A DNA stretch of 64,000 nt from an uncultured delta proteobacterium (GTDB lineage Bacteria > Desulfobacterota > RBG-13-43-22), in assembly GCA_963743305.1 (NCBI GenBank), contig CAVUPH010000032.1, positions 1-64,000 of the forward strand. Reading direction: 5' to 3'. Below the pieces are notes generated by a model. That model was not told where the DNA came from. It ran no database searches and worked only from the letters and a program-made list of their open reading frames with translations. Both the position numbers and the translations under genes were made by a program. Within the stretch, counting starts at the first letter, position 1. Every line of letters starts with the position of its first letter. Below, piece after piece: positions 60,692 to 64,000 of the stretch.

Positions 60692-62598
60692 AACGCTGGA
60701 TTCCCATAGCCCTGGCCTTGCCGGCCTTCCTTTTTATTAGTACCGGGCGGCCCTTGACGACCGGATCCGGCTGTCTCTCCTGCCACCAGGGGATCGAATC
60801 TCCGGGGAAAGCGCACCAATTTCCCTGTGGGCGGTGCCACGGGGGAGACGCCAAGGCCGACAGCAAAAAAGATGCCCATCAGGGCTTGATCCCCAACCCT
60901 TCCTCCCTGGATCAGGCCCCGCAACGCTGCGGCCCCTGCCATCGGGACCAGGTCCGGCGGGTTCGAGGCTCCCTGATGGCCACCTCGGCCGGGGAAATCA
61001 ATCCGACCCGGTATCTCTGGGGGGCCCAGCCGAAGGAACAGAAACCTTATTTGAATCACCCCCTGGAGGGATACGCGGGGATCCCGGATCCCAAACAGAG
61101 TGGACAAGGGGTTGATGACCTCCTCCGCCGCCGCTGCCTGCGCTGTCACTTGAATACCCGGGGGATGGGCCGGTACGGAGACTGGCGGGCGGAAGGTTGC
61201 GCCGCCTGCCACCTGCCCTATGGGCCGGACGGCCTCAGCCAGAGCCGGGACCGAGCCATCCAGCCCCTGATGAATGAAATCCGTCAGGGAAAACGGCCTC
61301 AGCCTAGGGGATATCCCCTGAAGCATCGGTTTTCCCGGACCATCCCGACCACCCAATGCCTGACCTGTCACAACGGCCACCGCGTGGGCATGGATTATGT
61401 CGGCCTGGCGGAGCGGGATTACGAAGCCAGCTACCGCTTCAATGCCCTGGACGGCGAATCCCCTTCCTTGATCTACGGCTTCGACCCCCGCCGGATGCCC
61501 CCGGATATTCACCAGGAGCGGGGCTTAGTCTGCATCGATTGCCACAACGGGCGGGAGGTCATGGGGCACGGAGGAGTGGCCCGGCAGTCAGGAGATCAGG
61601 TAACCATCCGTTGTCAGGATTGTCACGGCACACCCGACAGCGGGCCGAAAACGAAAATTCCACTACCTTCGACTGGGGGAAAGAGAGGAATCAACGGGGA
61701 GATCGTTGTGGATTCACGGGGTCACCCTTTGTCCCACATACGCCGGGACGCGAAGGAAACGATCCTGATCTCCAAGTGGACCGGGCAAAGGCATCGGATT
61801 CCCACCCTGAACGGCCCGGCCATCCCGGTGGAGCACCGTATCCCCGAGCATATCCAAAAAATGGAATGCCATAGTTGCCACGCCTTCTGGAGCTACCAGG
61901 ACTTCGGTCTTCATCTGATCCGGGAGGATCGGGCCGATTATCAAAAATGGGCCGCTTTATGGATGCAAAACGATCCCCAGGTCCAGACCCTGTTGCGGCG
62001 CAACCTGCCGCTGAAACCGGAACAGCGGACCGTTCCCCGGGCCCGGGACTTCATCGATGGGTCTTTACGCGCCGGCATCTGGTATGCAGGATTCTCCTAT
62101 CGCCGGTTGGAGTCCCCCATCTACGGTCTCAATCCCAGGGGTTTAACCAGCGTCTTTCGCCCTTTCCACCAGTTTGTAGCCAGTCAGGTGGATGCCGCCG
62201 GGAAGGTCTTGATGGACAGCCGAATCATGAGGACCACGGACGGGAGGCCCGGTTTAGGGTTTAACCCTTACGCCCCTCACACCATTCGCCGGCCCACCCG
62301 GCCCTGCGAGGCCTGCCACCTGAATCCCCGGGCTGTCGGCTTGGGGAACCGAATCGCACCGGCTAAAAACGGTCAAGGGAATAAATGGTCCCTCCCCCTG
62401 ACCTTTCCCCAAAAAGACGGCGTGCCCATCGATTTTGAGTGGGAGGCGCTGGTCGATCTGGACGGGAACCCGTTGCAGACCCAGACCCGTGCCGGCGCCC
62501 GGCCTTACAATCGACGGGAGATCAAAGGATTGCTGACGAAATCCAAGGCTTATAAAGGCTGGTACACCCGGTATTTTCAGGAGAAGGGATTGTATTGA
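60688..62598 (+). CDS. Exported multiheme cytochrome c (10 CxxCH), paralog of the upstream gene
   Basis: CLSCH, CGRCH, CGPCH, CLRCH, CAACH, CLTCH, CIDCH, CQDCH, CHSCH, CEACH; ATGA overlap. Confidence 0.92.
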   Translation: MKRWIPIALALPAFLFISTGRPLTTGSGCLSCHQGIESPGKAHQFPCGRCHGGDAKADSKKDAHQGLIPNPSSLDQAPQRCGPCHRDQVRRVRGSLMATSAGEINPTRYLWGAQPKEQKPYLNHPLEGYAGIPDPKQSGQGVDDLLRRRCLRCHLNTRGMGRYGDWRAEGCAACHLPYGPDGLSQSRDRAIQPLMNEIRQGKRPQPRGYPLKHRFSRTIPTTQCLTCHNGHRVGMDYVGLAERDYEASYRFNALDGESPSLIYGFDPRRMPPDIHQERGLVCIDCHNGREVMGHGGVARQSGDQVTIRCQDCHGTPDSGPKTKIPLPSTGGKRGINGEIVVDSRGHPLSHIRRDAKETILISKWTGQRHRIPTLNGPAIPVEHRIPEHIQKMECHSCHAFWSYQDFGLHLIREDRADYQKWAALWMQNDPQVQTLLRRNLPLKPEQRTVPRARDFIDGSLRAGIWYAGFSYRRLESPIYGLNPRGLTSVFRPFHQFVASQVDAAGKVLMDSRIMRTTDGRPGLGFNPYAPHTIRRPTRPCEACHLNPRAVGLGNRIAPAKNGQGNKWSLPLTFPQKDGVPIDFEWEALVDLDGNPLQTQTRAGARPYNRREIKGLLTKSKAYKGWYTRYFQEKGLY

Positions 62599-62637
62599 GG
62601 CGCCGGTCTGGGGCAGGTAACTGCGAAGCATAAAAAA

Positions 62638-62675
62638 AATGAACATCGAACATCGAACGTCCAACCTCGAATGAA
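62638..62675. repeat. Short heptamer tandem repeat (AACATCG-like)
   Basis: GAACATCGAACATCGAACGTCCAACCTCGAATG between convergent genes. Confidence 0.55.
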
Positions 62676-62698
62676 AACCAAACCTCCAGTGGAGATTA

Positions 62699-63073
62699 TT
62701 ATCGCAGAAAACCATATACGGTAAGGACCGTGGCCGCTACCATTAACAGAATAAACAGGAAGGTGAAAACCCGAAGGGAAGAGACCGAGAGCCGTTCCTC
62801 CAGGGGCAGCAGGGCCAAAAAGGCCACGGCCGCCAGCGGTAGGACTACCCCGCCCCAAAGGGGGGAGATATATTGCAGCAGCACCTGGAGACCCACAAAG
62901 ATCCAGGGGGCTTTGACGGCCACCCCGGCCGGGGTCAACTCGCCGCCGGGAGCGGACAGGGGAGCGGTCAAGATCAAACTTGCCCAGCAAAGGACCGCCA
63001 GGGCGATCAGACCGGTAATAAATTCCTTGAATAAAAGCCGGTCCCGGGGTACCCTTTCAACATTCTTTTCCAT
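62699..63073 (-). CDS. Cytochrome b6 subunit IV-like membrane protein
   Basis: Three hydrophobic helices; KAPWIFVGLQVLL at the PEWY-equivalent position. Confidence 0.72.
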   Translation of the reverse strand: MEKNVERVPRDRLLFKEFITGLIALAVLCWASLILTAPLSAPGGELTPAGVAVKAPWIFVGLQVLLQYISPLWGGVVLPLAAVAFLALLPLEERLSVSSLRVFTFLFILLMVAATVLTVYGFLR

Positions 63074-63103
63074 GGTAGATCATTATACCTTACTGACCGC
63101 CCG

Positions 63104-63586
63104 GTGAACAGCCCATTGTCGGCCCCCGATTCTCAACCGTCGCCTTCCCGGCGCCTTTTTCTAGGTCTCAGCGTCTTATTGGGAGGCGGGTCTCTTTATC
63201 TGCTGACCCGCGGCCTGATCGCTTTTATGGCTGGGCCGGGTTCATCCGATCCCCCGGCCCGATTTCCAGCGGCTACCCGGCAGGAATTAGAACGCCTTAA
63301 AACCCCCTGGAAATATTACCGGGGCGTCTGGTTGGTACGGGATGAAAGAGGCTGGTATGCGTTAAACAATCGCTGTACCCATCTGGGCTGCCAGCCGGCC
63401 CTGGACCCAAAATCCGGAGAACTGTGCTGCCCCTGTCACGGCAGCCGTTTCAATCTGCAGGGTCAGGTACTGCACGGTCCGGCCGTCAAACCTTTGTCCC
63501 GCTGGCTGCTGGTGCTGGGCCCCCGGGAAGAAATCTGGGTCGATACCCGGACCGAAGTGGATTCCGCTTTTCGCCTGCGCCTATGA
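63104..63586 (+). CDS. Rieske 2Fe-2S protein
   Basis: Tat-like SRRLFL, CTHLGC, CPCHGS, GPA..PL. Confidence 0.93.
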   Translation: MNSPLSAPDSQPSPSRRLFLGLSVLLGGGSLYLLTRGLIAFMAGPGSSDPPARFPAATRQELERLKTPWKYYRGVWLVRDERGWYALNNRCTHLGCQPALDPKSGELCCPCHGSRFNLQGQVLHGPAVKPLSRWLLVLGPREEIWVDTRTEVDSAFRLRL

Positions 63587-64000
63587 ATAAGAAGCCCTGG
63601 TCGGACAGCTTCTGGAAACACCTCCATCCCTCCTATTTGACGGCGGAGATGATCCGCTTTACCCATACCTTCTGTCTGGGCGGACTGACTTTTTTCCTGT
63701 TTTTGATTTTAAATGTCACCGGGTTGCTGCTGCTCTTTTATTACTTGCCTCTGGCCGATAAGGCCTACCTGTCCGTTTCCAACGTGACCTTCGTGATCCC
63801 CTTCGGCGGATTCATTCGCAGCCTTCATTACTGGGCCGGACAAACGATGGTCGTCACCCTCTTCCTGCATATGATCCGAGTGTTCTCTTCTCGGGCCTAT
63901 CGTCCCCCTCGATCTTTGAACTGGCTGGTCGGGGTGGGTCTTTTACTCCTGACTCTGATCCTGGATTTTACCGGTTATGCTTTGCGCTGGGACGTGGACA
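63583..64000 (+). CDS. Cytochrome b/b6 N-terminal subunit, runs off the window end
   Basis: Manual translation: MNKKPWSDSFWKHLHP...HTFCLGG...TGLLLLFYY...IRSLHYW...LHMIRVF...NWLVG...FTGYALRWD. Confidence 0.92.
   Translation, partial: MNKKPWSDSFWKHLHPSYLTAEMIRFTHTFCLGGLTFFLFLILNVTGLLLLFYYLPLADKAYLSVSNVTFVIPFGGFIRSLHYWAGQTMVVTLFLHMIRVFSSRAYRPPRSLNWLVGVGLLLLTLILDFTGYALRWDVD

Noticed and set aside
1-64000. tRNA, rRNA, transposase, integrase or prophage genes
   Set aside because: None recognised in the sequence or the ORF track

Overview
Bacterial chromosomal window. Gene content points to an anaerobic Desulfobacterota/deltaproteobacterium, probably a metagenome assembly (inference). From left to right: (1) 1-10.5 kb, two acyl-CoA ligase plus Liv-type ABC uptake clusters with a flavin reductase-like gene and a divergent FadR/GntR regulator. 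(2) 10.6-19.6 kb, backbone genes: CsgG-like, DUF362, HdrD-like Fe-S protein, engB, aminotransferase, TPR lipoprotein, hisG, hisI. (3) 19.7-27.3 kb, an accessory region with four attC-like sites and no integrase (BrnT/BrnA cassette, ORF-less cassette, SnoaL, two-CW protein, decayed ParE), bracketed by intact rlmN and a degenerate rlmN fragment, with an MFS / RsbW-GNAT / acyltransferase block on the opposite strand. (4) 27.3-36.6 kb, housekeeping genes: rlmN, HI0933 flavoprotein, thyA, diguanylate cyclase, M24 peptidase, adenine deaminase. (5) 36.7-55.2 kb, a sigma-54-controlled catabolic island encoding a 4-hydroxybenzoyl-CoA reductase-like molybdoenzyme apparently assembled from two reciprocally deleted operon copies, plus ABC and TRAP transporters, an amidohydrolase and a PaaK-family ligase. 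(6) A hidden UGA-containing C-GCAxxG-C-C selenoprotein, an H1-like basic protein and a radical SAM gene. (7) 58.6-64 kb, two paralogous multiheme cytochromes c beside a Rieske/cytochrome b6-type module. Many single-base frameshifts, including one in hisG, suggest uncorrected sequencing indels. All family assignments come from motif recognition by eye; no database search was run.
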